Source: Dendrobates tinctorius (lineage: Eukaryota). From it: DNA of 64,000 bases. The stretch covers positions 3,038,001 to 3,102,000 of the forward strand of contig NW_027361840.1 of assembly GCF_039654945.1 (NCBI RefSeq), written 5' to 3'. The notes beneath the pieces are model-generated. The model saw only the letters and a list, made by a program, of their open reading frames with translations, searched no databases and was not told the origin of the DNA. Positions 1-14,365 of this stretch are shown in pieces. The position numbers and the translations under genes are program-made. How positions within the stretch are numbered: position 1 is the stretch's first letter; the number at the start of each line of letters is the position of its first letter.

Positions 1-70
1 TGGTGAACGAGCCACTATCCGCTGTTGTTGCAGGATCCAGTGTTCCAGATTGTGGAAAATGAAGATGTCA

Positions 71-474
71 AAGGGGGGAATGATAGGAACTGAAGGAGTT
101 AAATTGAGTTCTGTCTATGTTGCATTCTCTTGTTTAAAACCTTATCTGTTCTTCGAGGAGATGTCTCAGACATCTCCCTTGTGAACCAAGGTCAAATACC
201 TCTGCTTTTTCGCCTAAATGACTTTCTTTGTCTAAAACAAGTTGTAAAATCATTTGTACTGCGCATGTCTGTAAAATGTTTAAATTCTTTACTATAAAAG
301 ACGGAAGCCTAACTGATAAGCCAGAGGCGTCTTGAGAGGCATCCCGAGTGGTTTTATACAGCTGGTGTCTGTGTAGTTCTTCTCGACGGAGCTGATTTAA
401 TTAGAGACATATGATGCTTCACACCTAAGAACATCGGTCCTTCAGATGAAAGAGTAATCTGAGGGATCCCGACA
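71..474 (+). mobile_element. Polypurine tract and 3' LTR of an endogenous retrovirus-like/LTR element (LTR 81-474)
   Basis: AAGGGGGGAA (71-80) directly precedes TGATAGGA. The element ends TCCCGACA (imperfect terminal inverted repeat, TG...CA), with TATAAAA at ~293. At 475 the sequence switches abruptly to a MITE copy lacking its first 10 bp. Confidence 0.7.
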
Positions 475-741
475 ACACGATGCAGATTTGCAGCGGTTCC
501 GCAGCGGATTTTACCGCGCAGAAACGTTGCATTTCTGCATTGTGATGTACAGTAGCCTTAAAATCAATGTAAAAAAAAAACCGCTGTGCAGACGCTGCGG
601 ATTTTTCCGCGATACAAAATCCGCAGCATGTTACTTCTTTTGTGCGGTTTTCCATCTCCCCTGTCACCAAATCCGCAGGGGGAAAACCGCATCAAAAATG
701 GAAGAAATCCGCAGGACCAAAAAGCATGTGTGCACTCAGCC
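475..741. mobile_element. PIF/Harbinger-type MITE copy 1 (left TIR truncated by the LTR)
   Basis: Matches the 277-bp copies from ACACGATGCAG onward; right TIR ...TGTGCACTCAGCC followed by TCA. Confidence 0.85.
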
Positions 742-2744
742 TCAGGTGGAGAGACAGACCCCAAAAGACTGCAGAGAAATGTGGAGAGACAGACCCCAAA
801 AGACTGCAGAGAAAGGAGAGACAGACCCCAAAAGGTGGACAGACAGGCCTAAAAGACTCCAGAGAAAGGAGAGACAGACTCCAAAAGACTGCAGAGAAAG
901 GAGAGACAGACCCCAAAAGACTGCAGAGAAAGGAGAGACAGACCCCAAACTGGGGAGAGACAGACCCCAAAAGAAGATGAGAGACAGACCCCAAAAGACT
1001 TCAGCAAAAGGGGAGAGACAGACCCCAAAAGACTGCAGAGAAAGGGGGAGAGACAGACCCCAAAAGACTGCAAAGGAAGGTGGAGAGACAGACCCCAAAA
1101 GACTGCAGAGAAAGGAGAGACAGACCCCAAAAGACTGCAGAGAAAGGAGAGACAGACCCAAAAAGACTGCAGAGAAAGGTGGGAGAGACAGACCCCAAAA
1201 GACTGCAGAGAAAGGTGGGAGAGACAGACCCCAAAAGATTGCAGAGAAAGGTGGAGAGACAGACACCAAAAGACTGCAGAGAAAGGTGGGAGAGACGGAC
1301 CCAAAAAGACTGCAGAGAAAGGTGGGAGAGACAGACCCCAAAAGACTGCAGGGAAAAGAGGGAGAGAGACCCCACAAGACTGCAGAGAAAGAAGGAAGAG
1401 ACAGATGCCAAAAAACTGCAGAGAAAGGGGGAGAGACAGACCCCAAAAGACTGCAGAGAAATGTGGAAGAGACAGACCCCAAAAGATTGCAGAGAAAGGA
1501 GAGACAGACCCCAAAAGGTGGACAGACAGGCCTAAAAGACTCCAGAGAAAGGAGAGACAGACTCCAAAAGACTGCAGAGAAAGGAGAGACAGACCCCAAA
1601 AGACTGCAGAGAAAGGAGAGACAGACCCCAAACTGGGGAGAGACAGACCCCAAAAGAAGATGAGAGACAGACCCCAAAAGACTTCAGCAAAAGGGGAGAG
1701 ACAGACCCCAAAAGACTGCAGAGAAAGGGGGAGAGACAGACCCCAAAAGACTGCAAAGGAAGGTGGAGAGACAGACCCCAAAAGACTGCAGAGAAAGGAG
1801 AGACAGACCCCAAAAGACTGCAGAGAAAGGAGAGACAGACCCAAAAAGACTGCAGAGAAAGGTGGGAGAGACAGACCCCAAAAGACTGCAGAGAAAGGTG
1901 GGAGAGACAGACCCCAAAAGATTGCAGAGAAAGGTGGAGAGACAGACACCAAAAGACTGCAGAGAAAGGTGGGAGAGACGGACCCAAAAAGACTGCAGAG
2001 AAAGGTGGGAGAGACAGACCCCAAAAGACTGCAGGGAAAAGAGGGAGAGAGACCCCACAAGACTGCAGAGAAAGAAGGAAGAGACAGATGCCAAAAAACT
2101 GCAGAGAAAGGGGGAGAGACAGACCCCAAAAGACTGCAGAGAAAGGTGGGAGAGACAGACCCCAAAAGATTGCAGAGAAAGGAGAGACAGACCCAAAAAG
2201 ACTGCAGAGAAAGGTGGGAGAGACAGACACCAAAAGACTGCAGAGAAAGGTGGGAGAGACAGACCCCAAAAGATTGCAGAGAAAGGTGGAGAGACAGACA
2301 CCAAAAGACTGCAGAGAAAAGTGGGAGAGACGGACCCAAAAAGACTGCAGAGAAAGGTGGGAGAGACAGACCCCAAAAGACTGCAGAGAAAGGTGGGAGA
2401 GACAGACCCCAAAAGATTGCAGAGAAAGGTGGAGAGACAGACCCCAAAAGACTGCAGAGAAAGAAGGAAGAGACAGACGCCAAAAGACTGCAGAGAAAGG
2501 TGGGAGAGACGGACCCAAAAAGACTGAAGAGAAAGGTGGGAGAGACAGACCCCAAAAGACTGCAGAGAAAAGAGGGAGATAGACCCCACAAGACTGCAGA
2601 GAAAGGAAGAGACAGATGCCAAAAAACTGCAGAGAAAGGGGGAGAGACAGACCCCAAAAGACTGCAGAGAAAGGTGGGAGAGACAGACCCCAAAAGACTG
2701 CAGAGAAAGGTGGGAGAGACAGACCCCAAAAGACTCCAGAGTCA

Positions 2745-3021
2745 GGCTGTGTGCACACGATGCAGATTTGCAGCGGTTCCGCAGCGGATTTTACCGCGCA
2801 GAAACGTTGCATTTCTGCATTGTGATGTACAGTAGCCTTAAAATCAATGTAAAAAAAAAACCGCTGTGCAGACGCTGCGGATTTTTCCACGATACAAAAT
2901 CCGCAGCATGTTACTTCTTTTGTGCGGTTTTCCATCTCCCCTGTCACCAAATCCGCAGGGGGAAAACCGCATCAAAAATGGAAGAAATCCGCAGGACCAA
3001 AAAGCATGTGTGCACTCAGCC
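2745..3021. mobile_element. PIF/Harbinger-type MITE copy 2 (277 bp)
   Basis: TIRs GGCTGTGTGCACAC ... GTGTGCACTCAGCC with 3-bp TCA duplication on both sides; no coding capacity. Confidence 0.88.
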
Positions 3022-5425
3022 TCAGGTGGAGAGACAGACCCCAAAAGACTGCAGAGAAATGTGGAGAGACAGACCCCAAAAGACTGCAGAGAAATGTGGA
3101 GAGACAGACCCCAAAAGACTGCAGAGAAAGGAGAGACAGACCCCAAAAGGTGGACAGACAGGCCTAAAAGACTCCAGAGAAAGGAGAGACAGACTCCAAA
3201 AGACTGCAGAGAAAGGAGAGACAGACCCCAAAAGACTGCAGAGAAAGGAGAGACAGACCCCAAACTGGGGAGAGACAGACCCCAAAAGACTTCAGCAAAA
3301 GGGGAGAGACAGACCCCAAAAGACTGCAGAGAAAGGGGGAGAGACAGACCCCAAAAGACTGCAAAGGAAGGTGGAGAGACAGACCCCAAAAGACTGCAGA
3401 GAAAGGAGAGACAGACCCCAAAAGACTGCAGAGAAAGGAGAGACAGACCCAAAAAGACTGCAGAGAAAGGTGGGAGAGACAGACCCCAAAAGACTGCAGA
3501 GAAAGGTGGGAGAGACAGATCCCAAAAGATTGCAGAGAAAGGTGGAGAGACAGACACCAAAAGACTGCAGAGAAAGGTGGGAGAGACGGACCCAAAAAGA
3601 CTGCAGAGAAAGGTGGGAGAGACAGACCCCAAAAGACTGCAGGGAAAAGAGGGAGAGAGACCCCACAAGACTGCAGAGATAGAAGGAAGAGACAGATGCC
3701 AAAAAACTGCAGAGAAAGGGGGAGAGACAGACCCCAAAAGACTGCAGAGAAAGGTGGGAGAGACAGACCCCAAAAGATTGCAGAGAAAAGAGGGAGAGAG
3801 ATCCCACAAGACTGCAGAGAAGGTGGAGAGACAGACCCCAAAAGACTGCAGAGAAAGGTGGAGAGACAGACCCCAAAAGACTGCAGAGAAAGGTGGGAGA
3901 GACAGACCCCAAAAGATTGCAGAGAAAGGTGGAGAGACAGACACCAAAAGACTGCAGAGAAAGGTGGGAGAGACGGACCCAAAAAGACTGCAGAGAAAGG
4001 TGGGAGAGACAGACCCCAAAAGACTGCAGAGAAAAGAGGGAGAGAGACCCCACAAGACTGAAGAGAAAGAAGGAAGAGAGACCCCACAAGACTGCAGAGA
4101 AAGGTGGGAGAGACAGACCACAAAAGACTGCAGAGAAAAGAGAGAGAGACCCCACAAGACTGCAGAGAAAGAAGGAAGAGACAGACGCCAAAAGACTGCA
4201 GAGAAAGGGGGAGAGACAGACCCCAAAAGACTGCAGGGAAAGGGGGAGAGACAGACCCCAAAAGACTGCAGAGAAAGGTGGGAGAGACAGACCCCAAAAG
4301 ATTGCAGAGAAAAGAGGGAGAGAGATCCCACAAGACTGCAGAGAAAGGTAGGAGAGACAGACCACAAAAGACTGCAGAGAAAAGAGAGAGAGATCCCACA
4401 AGACTGCAGAGAAGGTGGAGAGACAGACCCCAAAAGACTGCAGAGAAAGGTGGAGAGACAGACCCCAAAAGACTGCAGAGAAAGGTGGGAGAGACAGACC
4501 CCAAAAGACTGCAGAGAAAGGTGGGAGAGACAGACCCCAAAAGACTCAAGAAAAAGGTGGAGAGACAGACCCCAAAAGACTGCAGAGAAAAGTGGCGAGA
4601 CAGACCCCAAAAGACTCCAGAGAAAGGTGGACAGACCCCAAAAGACTGCAGAGAAAGGTGGAGAGATAGACCCCAAAAGACTGCAGAGAAAGGAGAGACA
4701 GACCCCAAAAGACTGCAGAGTAAGAAGAGACCGACTCCAAAAGACTGCAGAGAAAGGTGGAGAGACAGACCCCAAGAAAAAGACTGCAGGGAAAGGTGGA
4801 GAGACAGACCCCACAAGACTGCAGAGAAAGTGGGAGAGACGGACCCAAAAAGACTGCAGGCAAAGTTGGGAGAGACAGACCTCAAAAGACTGCAGGGAAA
4901 GGTGGAGAGACAGACCCAACAAGACTGCAGAGAAAGGAGAGACAGACCCCAAAAGACTGCAGAGAAAGGAGAGACAGACCCCAAAAGACTGCAGAGAAAT
5001 GTGGGAGAGACAGATGCCAAAAGATTGCAGAGAAAGGTGGGCGAGACAGACCCCAAAAGACTGCAGAGAAAGGTGAGAGAGACAGACCCCAAAAGACTGC
5101 AGAGAAAGGGGGAGAGACAGACCCCAAAAGACTGCAGGGAAAGGTGGAGAGACAGACCCCTATAGACTGCAGAGAAAGGAGGGAGAGACAGACCTCAAAA
5201 GACTGCCGAGGAAGGTGGAGAGACAGACCACAAAAGACTGCAGAGAAAGGGGGAGAGACAGACCCCAAAAGACTGCATAGGAAGGTGGAGAGACAGACCT
5301 CAAAAGACTGCAGAGCAAGGTGGGAGAGACAGACCTCAAAAGACTGCAGAGAAAGGGAGAGAGACAGACCCCAAAAGACTGCAGAGAAAGGTGGGAGAGA
5401 CAGACTCCAAAAGACTCCATAGTCA

Positions 5426-5702
5426 GGCTGTGTGCACACGATGCAGATTTGCAGCGGTTCCGCAGCGGATTTTACCACGCAGAAACGTTGCATTTCTGCA
5501 TTGTGATGTACAGTAGCCTTAAAATCAATGTAAAAAAAAAACCGCTGTGCAGACGCTGCGGATTTTTCCGCGATACAAAATCCGCAGCATGTTACTTCTT
5601 TTGTGCAGTTTTCCATCTCCCCTGTCACCAAATCCGCAGGGGGAAAACCGCATCAAAAATGGAAGAAATCCGCAGGGCCAAAAAGCACGTGTGCACTCAG
5701 CC
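5426..5702. mobile_element. PIF/Harbinger-type MITE copy 3
   Basis: Same 277-bp sequence, TIRs and TCA flanks. Confidence 0.88.
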
Positions 5703-8070
5703 TCAGGTGGAGAGACAGACCCCAAAAGACTGCAGAGAAATGTGGAGAGACAGACCCCAAATGACTGCAGAGAAATGTGGAGAGACAGACCACAAAAGGT
5801 GGACAGACAGGCCTAAAAGACTCCAGAGAAAGGAGAGACAGACTCCAAAAGACTGCAGAGAAAGGAGAGACAGACCCCAAAAGACTGCAGAGAAAGGAGA
5901 GACAGACCCAAACTGGGGAGAGACAGACCCCAAAAGAAGATGAGAGACAGACCCCAAAAGACTTCAGCAAAAGGGGAGAGACAGACCCCAAAAGACTGCA
6001 GAGAAAGGGGGAGAGACAGACCCCAAAAGACTGCAAAGGAAGGTGGAGAGACAGACCCCAAAAGACTGCAGAGAAAGGAGAGACAGACCCAAAAAGACTA
6101 CAGAGAAAGGTGGGAGAGACAGACCCCAAAAGACTGCAGAGAAAGGTGGGAGAGACAGACCCCAAAAGATTGCAGAGAAAGGTGGAGAGACAGACACCAA
6201 AAGACTGCAGAGAAAGGTGGGAGAGACGGACCCAAAAAGACTGCAGAGAAAGGAGGGAGAGACAGACCCCAAAAGACTGCAGAGAAAAGAGGGAGAGCGA
6301 CCCCACAAGACTGAAGAGAAAGAAGGAAGAGAGACCCCACAAGACTGCAGAGAAAGAAGGAAGAGACAGATGCCAAAAGACTGCAGAGAAAGGGGGAGAG
6401 ACAGACCCCAAAAGATTGCAGAGAAAGGTGGGAGAGACAGACCCCAAAAGATTGCAGAGAAAAGAGGGAGAGAGATCCCACAAGACTGCAGAGAAGGTGA
6501 AGAGACAGACCCCAAAAGACTGCAGAGAAAGGTGGAGAGACAGATCCCAAAAGACTGCAGAGAAAGGTGGGAGAGACAGACCCCAAAAGATTGCAGAGAA
6601 AGGTGGAGAGACAGACACCCAAAGACTGCAGAGAAAGGTGGGAGAGACGGACCCAAAAAGACTGCAGAGAAAGGTGGGAGAGACAGACCCCAAAAGACTG
6701 CAGAGAAAAGAGGGAGAGAGACCCCACAAGACTGAAGAGAAAGAAGGAAGAGAGACCCCACAAGACTGCAGAGAAAGAAGGAAGAGACAGATGCCAAAAG
6801 ACTGCAGAGAAAGGGGGAGAGACAGACCCCAAAAGACTGCAGGGAAAGGGGGAGAGACAGACCCCAAAAGACTGCAGAGAAAGGTGGGAGAGACAGACCC
6901 CAAAAGATTGCAGAGAAAAGAGGGAGAGAGATCCCACAAGACTGCAGAGAAAGGTGGATAGACAGACCCCAAAAGACTGCAGAGAAAGGTGGGAGAGACA
7001 GACCACAAAAGACTGCAGAGAAAAGAGAGAGAGACCCCACAAGACTGCAGAGAAAGAAGGAAGAGACAGACGCCAAAAGACTGCAGAGAAAGGGGGAGAG
7101 ACAGACCCCAAAAGACTGCAGAGAAAGGTGGGAGAGACAGACCCCAAAAGACTGCAGAGAAAGGTGGGAGAGACAGACCCCAAAAGACTCAAGAAAAAGG
7201 TGGAGAGACAGACCCCAAAAGACTGCAGAGAAAAGTGGCGAGACAGACCCCAAAAGACTCCAGAGAAAGGTGGATAGACAGACCCCAAAAGACTGCAGAG
7301 AAAGGTGGAGAGATAGACCCCAAAAGACTGCAGAGAAAGGAGAGACAGACCCCAAAAGACTGCAGAGTAAGAAGAGACCGACTCCAAAAGACTGCAGAGA
7401 AAGGTGGAGAGACAGACCCCAAGAAAAAGACTGCAGGGAAAGGTGGAGAGACAGACCCCACAAGACTGCAGAGAAAGTGGGAGAGACAGACCCCAAAAGA
7501 CTGCAGGCAAAGTTGGGAGAGACAGACCTCAAAAGACTGCAGGGAAAGGTGGAGACAGACCCCACAAGACTGCAGAGAAAGGAGAGACAGACCCCAAAAG
7601 ACTGCAGAGAAAGGAGAGACAGACCCCAAAAGACTGCAGAGAAATGTGGGAGAGTCAGATGCCAAAAGATTGCAGAGAAAGGTGGGCGAGACAGACCCCA
7701 AAAGACTGCAGAGAAAGGTGAGAGAGACAGACCCCAAAAGACTGCAGAGAAAGGGGGAGAGACAGACCCCAAAAGACTGCAGGGAAAGGTGGAGAGACAG
7801 ACCCCTATAGACTGCAGAGAAAGGAGGGAGAGACAGACCTCAAAAGACTGCAGAGGAAGGTGGAGAGACAGACCACAAAAGACTGCAGAGAAAGGGGGAG
7901 AGACAGACCCCAAAAGACTGCATAGGAAGGTGGAGAGACAGACCTCAAAAGACTGCAGAGCAAGGTGGGAGAGACAGACCTCAAAAGACTGCAGAGAAAG
8001 GGGGAGAGACAGACCCCAAAAGACTGCAGAGAAAGGTGGGAGAGACAGACCCCAAAAGACTCCAGAGTCA

Positions 8071-8347
8071 GGCTGTGTGCACACGATGCAGATTTGCAGC
8101 GGTTCCGCAGCGGATTTTACCACGCAGAAACGTTGCATTTCTGCATTGTGATGTACAGTAGCCTTAAAATCAATGTAAAAAAAAAACCGCTGTGCAGACG
8201 CTGCGGATTTTTCCGCGATACAAAATCCGCAGCATGTTACTTCTTTTGTGCGGTCTTCCATCTCCCCTGTCACCAAATCCGCAGGGGGAAAACCGCATCA
8301 AAAATGGAAGAAATCCGCAGGGCCAAAAAGCACGTGTGCACTCAGCC
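8071..8347. mobile_element. PIF/Harbinger-type MITE copy 4
   Basis: Same 277-bp sequence, TIRs and TCA flanks. Confidence 0.88.
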
Positions 8348-9736
8348 TCAGGTGGAGAGACAGACCCCAAAAGACTGCAGAGAAAAGAGAGAGAGAGACC
8401 CCACAAGACTGCAGAGAAAGAAGGAAGAGACAGACGCCAAAAGACTGCAGAGAAAGGGGGAGAGACAGACCCCAAAAGACTGCAGAGAAAGGTGGGAGAG
8501 ACAGACCCCAAAAGACTGCAGAGAAAGGTGGGAGAGACAGACCCCAAAAGACTCAAGAAAAAGGTGGAGAGGCAGACCCCAAAAGACTGCAGAGAAAAGT
8601 GGCGAGACAGACCCCAAAAGACTCCAGAGAAAGGTGGATAGACAGACCCCAAAAGACTGCAGAGAAAGGTGGAGAGATAGACCCCAAAAGACTGCAGAGA
8701 AAGGAGAGACAGACCCCAAAAGACTGCAGAGTAAGAAGAGACCGACTCCAAAAGACTGCAGAGAAAGGTGGATAGACAGACCCCAAAAGACTCCAGAGAA
8801 AGGTGGATAGACAGACCCCAAAAGACTGCAGAGAAAGGTGGAGAGACAGACCCCAAAAGACTGCAGAGAAAGGAGAGACAGACCCCAAAAGACTGCAGAG
8901 AAAGGAGAGACAGACCCCAAAAGACTGCAGAGAAAGGTGGGAGAGACAGACCCCAAAAGACTCCAGAGAAAGGTGGATAGACAGACCCCAAAAGACTGCA
9001 GAGAAAGGTGGAGAGACAGACCCCAAAAGACTGCAGAGAAAGGAGAGACAGACCCCAAAAGACTGCAGAGAAAGGTGGAGAGACAGACCCCAAGAAAAAG
9101 ACTGCAGGGAAAGGTGGAGAGACAGACCCCACAAGACTGCAGAGAAAGTGGGAGAGACAGACCCCAAAAGACTGCAGGCAAAGTTGGGAGAGACAGACCT
9201 CAAAAGACTGCAGGGAAAGGTGGAGAGACAGACCCCACAAGACTGCAGAGAAAGGAGAGACAGACCCCAAAAGACTGCAGAGAAAGGAGAGACAGACCCC
9301 AAAGACTGCAGAGAAATGTGGGAGAGACAGATGCCAAAAGATTGCAGAGAAAGGTGGGCGAGACAGACCCCAAAAGACTGCAGAGAAAGGCGAGAGACCC
9401 CAAAAGACTGCAGAGAAAGGGGGAGAGACAGACCCCAAAAGACTGCAGGGAAAGGTGGAGAGACAGACCCCTATAGACTGCAGAGAAAGGAGGGAGAGAC
9501 AGACCTCAAAAGACTGCAGAGGAAGGTGGAGAGACAGACCACAAAAGACTGCAGAGAAAGGGGGAGAGACAGACCCCAAAAGACTGCATAGGAAGGTGGA
9601 GAGACAGACCTCAAAAGACTGCAGAGCAAGGTGGGAGAGACAGACCTCAAAAGACTGCAGAGAAAGGGGGAGAGACAGACCCCAAAAGACTGCAGAGAAA
9701 GGTGGGAGAGACAGACCCCAAAAGACTCCAGAGTCA

Positions 9737-10013
9737 GGCTGTGTGCACACGATGCAGATTTGCAGCGGTTCCGCAGCGGATTTTACCGCGCAGAAACGTT
9801 GCATTTCTGCATTGTGATGTACAGTAGCCTTAAAATCAATGTAAAAAAAAAACCGCTGTGCAGACGCTGCGGATTTTTCCGCGATACAAAATCCGTAGCA
9901 TGTTACTTCTTTTGTGCGGTTTTCCATCTCCCCTGTCACCAAATCCGCAGGGGGAAAACCGCATCAAAAATGGAAGAAATCCGCAGGGCCAAAAAGCACG
10001 TGTGCACTCAGCC
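9737..10013. mobile_element. PIF/Harbinger-type MITE copy 5
   Basis: Same 277-bp sequence, TIRs and TCA flanks. Confidence 0.88.
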
Positions 10014-11912
10014 TCAGGTGGAGAGACAGACCCCAAAAGACTGCAGAGAAATGTGGAGAGACAGACCCCAAATGACTGCAGAGAAATGTGGAGAGACAGA
10101 CCCCAAAAGACTGCAGAGAAAGGAGAGACAGACCCCAAAAGACTGCAGAGAAAGGAGAGACAGACCCCAAAAGGTGGAGAGACAGGCCTAAAAGACTCCA
10201 GAGAAAGGAGAGACAGACTCCAAAAGACTGCAGAGAAAGGAGAGACAGACCCCAAAAGACTGCAGAGAAAGGAGAGACAGACACCAAAAGATTGAAGAGA
10301 AAGGTGGGAGAGACAGACACCAAACGACTGCAGAGAAATGTGGAGAGACAGACCCCAAAAGACTCCAGAGAAAGGAGAGACAGACCCCAAAAGACTGCAG
10401 AGAAAGGAGAGACAGACTCCAAAAGACTGCAGAGAAAGGTGGAGAGACAGACCCCAAAAGACTGCAGAGAAAGGTGGAGAGACAGACCCCAAAAGACTGC
10501 AGAGAAAGGTGGGAGAGACAGACCCCAAAAGATTGCAGAGAAAGGTGGAGAGAGAGACACCAAAAGACTGCAGAGAAAGGTGGGAGAGACGGACCCAAAA
10601 AGACTGCAGAGAAAGGTGGGAGAGACAGACCCCAAAAGACTGCAGAGAAAAGAGGGAGAGACAGACCCCACAAGACTGCAGAGAAAGAAGGAAGAGACAG
10701 ATGCCAAAAGACTGCAGAGAAAGGGGTAGAGACAGACCCCAAAAGACTGCAGGGAAAGGGGGAGAGACAGACCCCAAAAGACTGCAGAGAAAGGTGGGAG
10801 AGACAGACCCCAAAAGATTGCAGAGAAAAGAGGGAGAGAGATCCCACAAGACTGCAGAGAAAGGTGGAGAGACAGACCCCAAAAGACTGCAGAGAAAGGT
10901 GGGAGAGACAGACCACAAAAGACTGCAGAGAAAAGAGAGAGAGACCCCACAAGACTGCAGAGAAAGAAGGAAGAGACAGACGCCAAAAGACTGCAGAGAA
11001 AGGGGGAGAGACAGACCCCAAAAGACTGCAGAGAAAGGTGGGAGAGACAGACCCCAAAAGACTGCAGAGAAAGGTGGGAGAGACAGACCCCAAAAGACTC
11101 AAGAAAAAGGTGGAGAGACAGACCCCAAAAGACTGCAGAGAAAAGTGGCGAGACAGACCCCAAAAGGCTCCAGAGAAAGGTGGATAGACAGACCCCAAAA
11201 GACTGCAGAGAAAGGTGGAGAGACAGACCCCAAAAGACTGCAGAGAAAGGAGAGACAGACCCCAAAAGACTGCAGAGTAAGAAGAGACCGACTCCAAAAG
11301 ACTGCAGAGAAAGGTGGAGAGACAGACCCCAAAAAAAAGACTGCAGGGAAAGGTGGAGAGACAGACCCCACAAGTCTGCAGAGAAAGTGGGAGAGACAGA
11401 CCCCAAAAGACTGCAGGCAAAGTTGGGAGAGACAGACCTCAAAAGACTGCAGGGAAAGGTGGAGAGACAGACCCCACAAGACTGCAGAGAAAGGAGAGAC
11501 AGACCCCAAAAGACTGCAGAGAAAGGAGAGACAGACCCCAAAAGACTGCAGAGAAATGTGGGAGAGACAGATGCCAAAAGATTGCAGAGAAAGGTGGGCG
11601 AGACAGACCCCAAAAGACTGCAGAGAAAGGTGAGAGAGACAGACCCCAAAAGACTGCAGAGAAAGGGAGAGAGACAGACCCCAAAAGACTGCAGGGAAAG
11701 GTGGAGAGACAGACCCCTATAGACTGCAGAGAAAGGAGGGAGAGACAGACCCCAAAAGACTGCATAGGAAGGTAGAGAGACAGACCTCAAAAGACTGCAG
11801 AGCAAGGTGGGAGAGACAGACCTCAAAAGACTGCAGAGAAAGGGGGAGAGACAGACCCCAAAAGACTGCAGAGAAAGGTGGGAGAGACAGACCCCAAAAG
11901 ACTCCATACTCA

Positions 11913-12189
11913 GGCTGTGTGCACACGATGCAGATTTGCAGCGGTTCCGCAGCGGATTTTACCGCGCAGAAACGTTGCATTTCTGCATTGTGATGTACAG
12001 TAGCCTTAAAATCAATGTAAAAAAAAAACCGCTGTGCAGACGCTGCGGATTTTTCCACGATACAAAATCCGCAGCATGTTACTTCTTTTGTGCGGTCTTC
12101 CATCTCCCCTGTCACCAAATCCGCAGGGGGAAAACCGCATCAAAAATGGAAGAAAGCCGCAGGGCCAAAAAGCACGTGTGCACTCAGCC
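11913..12189. mobile_element. PIF/Harbinger-type MITE copy 6
   Basis: Same 277-bp sequence, TIRs and TCA flanks. Confidence 0.88.
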
Positions 12190-14088
12190 TCAGGTGGAGA
12201 GACAGACCCCAAAAGACTGCAGAGAAATGTGGAGAGACAGACCCCAAATGACTGCAGAGAAATGTGGAGAGACAGACCCCAAAAGACTGCAGAGAAAGGA
12301 GAGACAGACCCCAAAAGACTGCAGAGAAAGGAGAGACAGACCCCAAAAGGTGGAGAGACAGGCCTAAAAGACTCCAGAGAAAGGAGAGACAGACTCCAAA
12401 AGACTGCAGAGAAAGGAGAGACAGACCCCAAAAGACTGCAGAGAAAGGAGAGACAGACACCAAAAGATTGAAGAGAAAGGTGGGAGAGACAGACACCAAA
12501 CGACTGCAGAGAAATGTGGAGAGACAGACCCCAAAAGACTCCAGAGAAAGGAGAGACAGACCCCAAAAGACTGCAGAGAAAGGAGAGACAGACTCCAAAA
12601 GACTGCAGAGAAAGGTGGAGAGACAGACCCCAAAAGACTGCAGAGAAAGGTGGAGAGACAGACCCCAAAAGACTGCAGAGAAAGGTGGGAGAGACAGACC
12701 CCAAAAGATTGCAGAGAAAGGTGGAGAGAGAGACACCAAAAGACTGCAGAGAAAGGTGGGAGAGACGGACCCAAAAAGACTGCAGAGAAAGGTGGGAGAG
12801 ACAGACCCCAAAAGACTGCAGAGAAAAGAGGGAGAGACAGACCCCACAAGACTGCAGAGAAAAAAGGAAGAGACAGATGCCAAAAGACTGCAGAGAAAGG
12901 GGTAGAGACAGACCCCGAAAGACTGCAGGGAAAGGGGGAGAGACAGACCCCAAAAGACTGCAGAGAAAGGTGGGAGAGACAGACCCCAAAAGATTGCAGA
13001 GAAAAGAGGGAGAGAGATCCCACAAGACTGCAGAGAAAGGTGGAGAGACAGACCCCAAAAGACTGCAGAGAAAGGTGGGAGAGACAGACCACAAAAGACT
13101 GCAGAGAAAAGAGAGAGAGACCCCACAAGACTGCAGAGAAAGAAGGAAGAGACAGACGCCAAAAGACTGCAGAGAAAGGGGGAGAGACAGACCCCAAAAG
13201 ACTGCAGAGAAAGGTGGGAGAGACAGACCCCAAAAGACTGCAGAGAAAGGTGGGAGAGACAGACCCCAAAAGACTCAAGAAAAAGGTGGAGAGACAGACC
13301 CCAAAAGACTGCAGAGAAAAGTGGCGAGACAGACCCCAAAAGGCTCCAGAGAAAGGTGGATAGACAGACCCCAAAAGACTGCAGAGAAAGGTGGAGAGAC
13401 AGACCCCAAAAGACTGCAGAGAAAGGAGAGACAGACCCCAAAAGACTGCAGAGTAAGAAGAGACCGACTCCAAAAGACTGCAGAGAAAGGTGGAGAGACA
13501 GACCCCAAAAAAAAGACTGCAGGGAAAGGTGGAGAGACAGACCCCACAAGTCTGCAGAGAAAGTGGGAGAGACAGACCCCAAAAGACTGCAGGCAAAGTT
13601 GGGAGAGACAGACCTCAAAAGACTGCAGGGAAAGGTGGAGAGACAGACCCCACAAGACTGCAGAGAAAGGAGAGACAGACCCCAAAAGACTGCAGAGAAA
13701 GGAGAGACAGACCCCAAAAGACTGCAGAGAAATGTGGGAGAGACAGATGCCAAAAGATTGCAGAGAAAGGTGGGCGAGACAGACCCCAAAAGACTGCAGA
13801 GAAAGGTGAGAGAGACAGACCCCAAAAGACTGCAGAGAAAGGGAGAGAGACAGACCCCAAAAGACTGCAGGGAAAGGTGGAGAGACAGACCCCTATAGAC
13901 TGCAGAGAAAGGAGGGAGAGACAGACCCCAAAAGACTGCATAGGAAGGTGGAGAGACAGACCTCAAAAGACTGCAGAGCAAGGTGGGAGAGACAGACCTC
14001 AAAAGACTGCAGAGAAAGGGGGAGAGACAGACCCCAAAAGACTGCAGAGAAAGGTGGGAGAGACAGACCCCAAAAGACTCCAGAGTCA

Positions 14089-14365
14089 GGCTGTGTGCAC
14101 ACGATGCAGATTTGCAGCGGTTCCGCAGCGGATTTTACCGCGCAGAAACGTTACATTTCTGCATTGTGATGTACAGTAGCCTTAAAATCAATGTAAAAAA
14201 AAAACCGCTGTGCAGACGCTGCGGATTTTTCCGCGATACAAAATCCGCAGCATGTTACTTCTTTTGTGCGGTTTTCCATCTCCCCTGTCACCAAATCCGC
14301 AGGGGGAAAACCGCATCAAAAATGGAAGAAATCCGCAGGGCCAAAAAGCATGTGTGCACTCAGCC
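14089..14365. mobile_element. PIF/Harbinger-type MITE copy 7
   Basis: Same 277-bp sequence, TIRs and TCA flanks. Confidence 0.88.
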
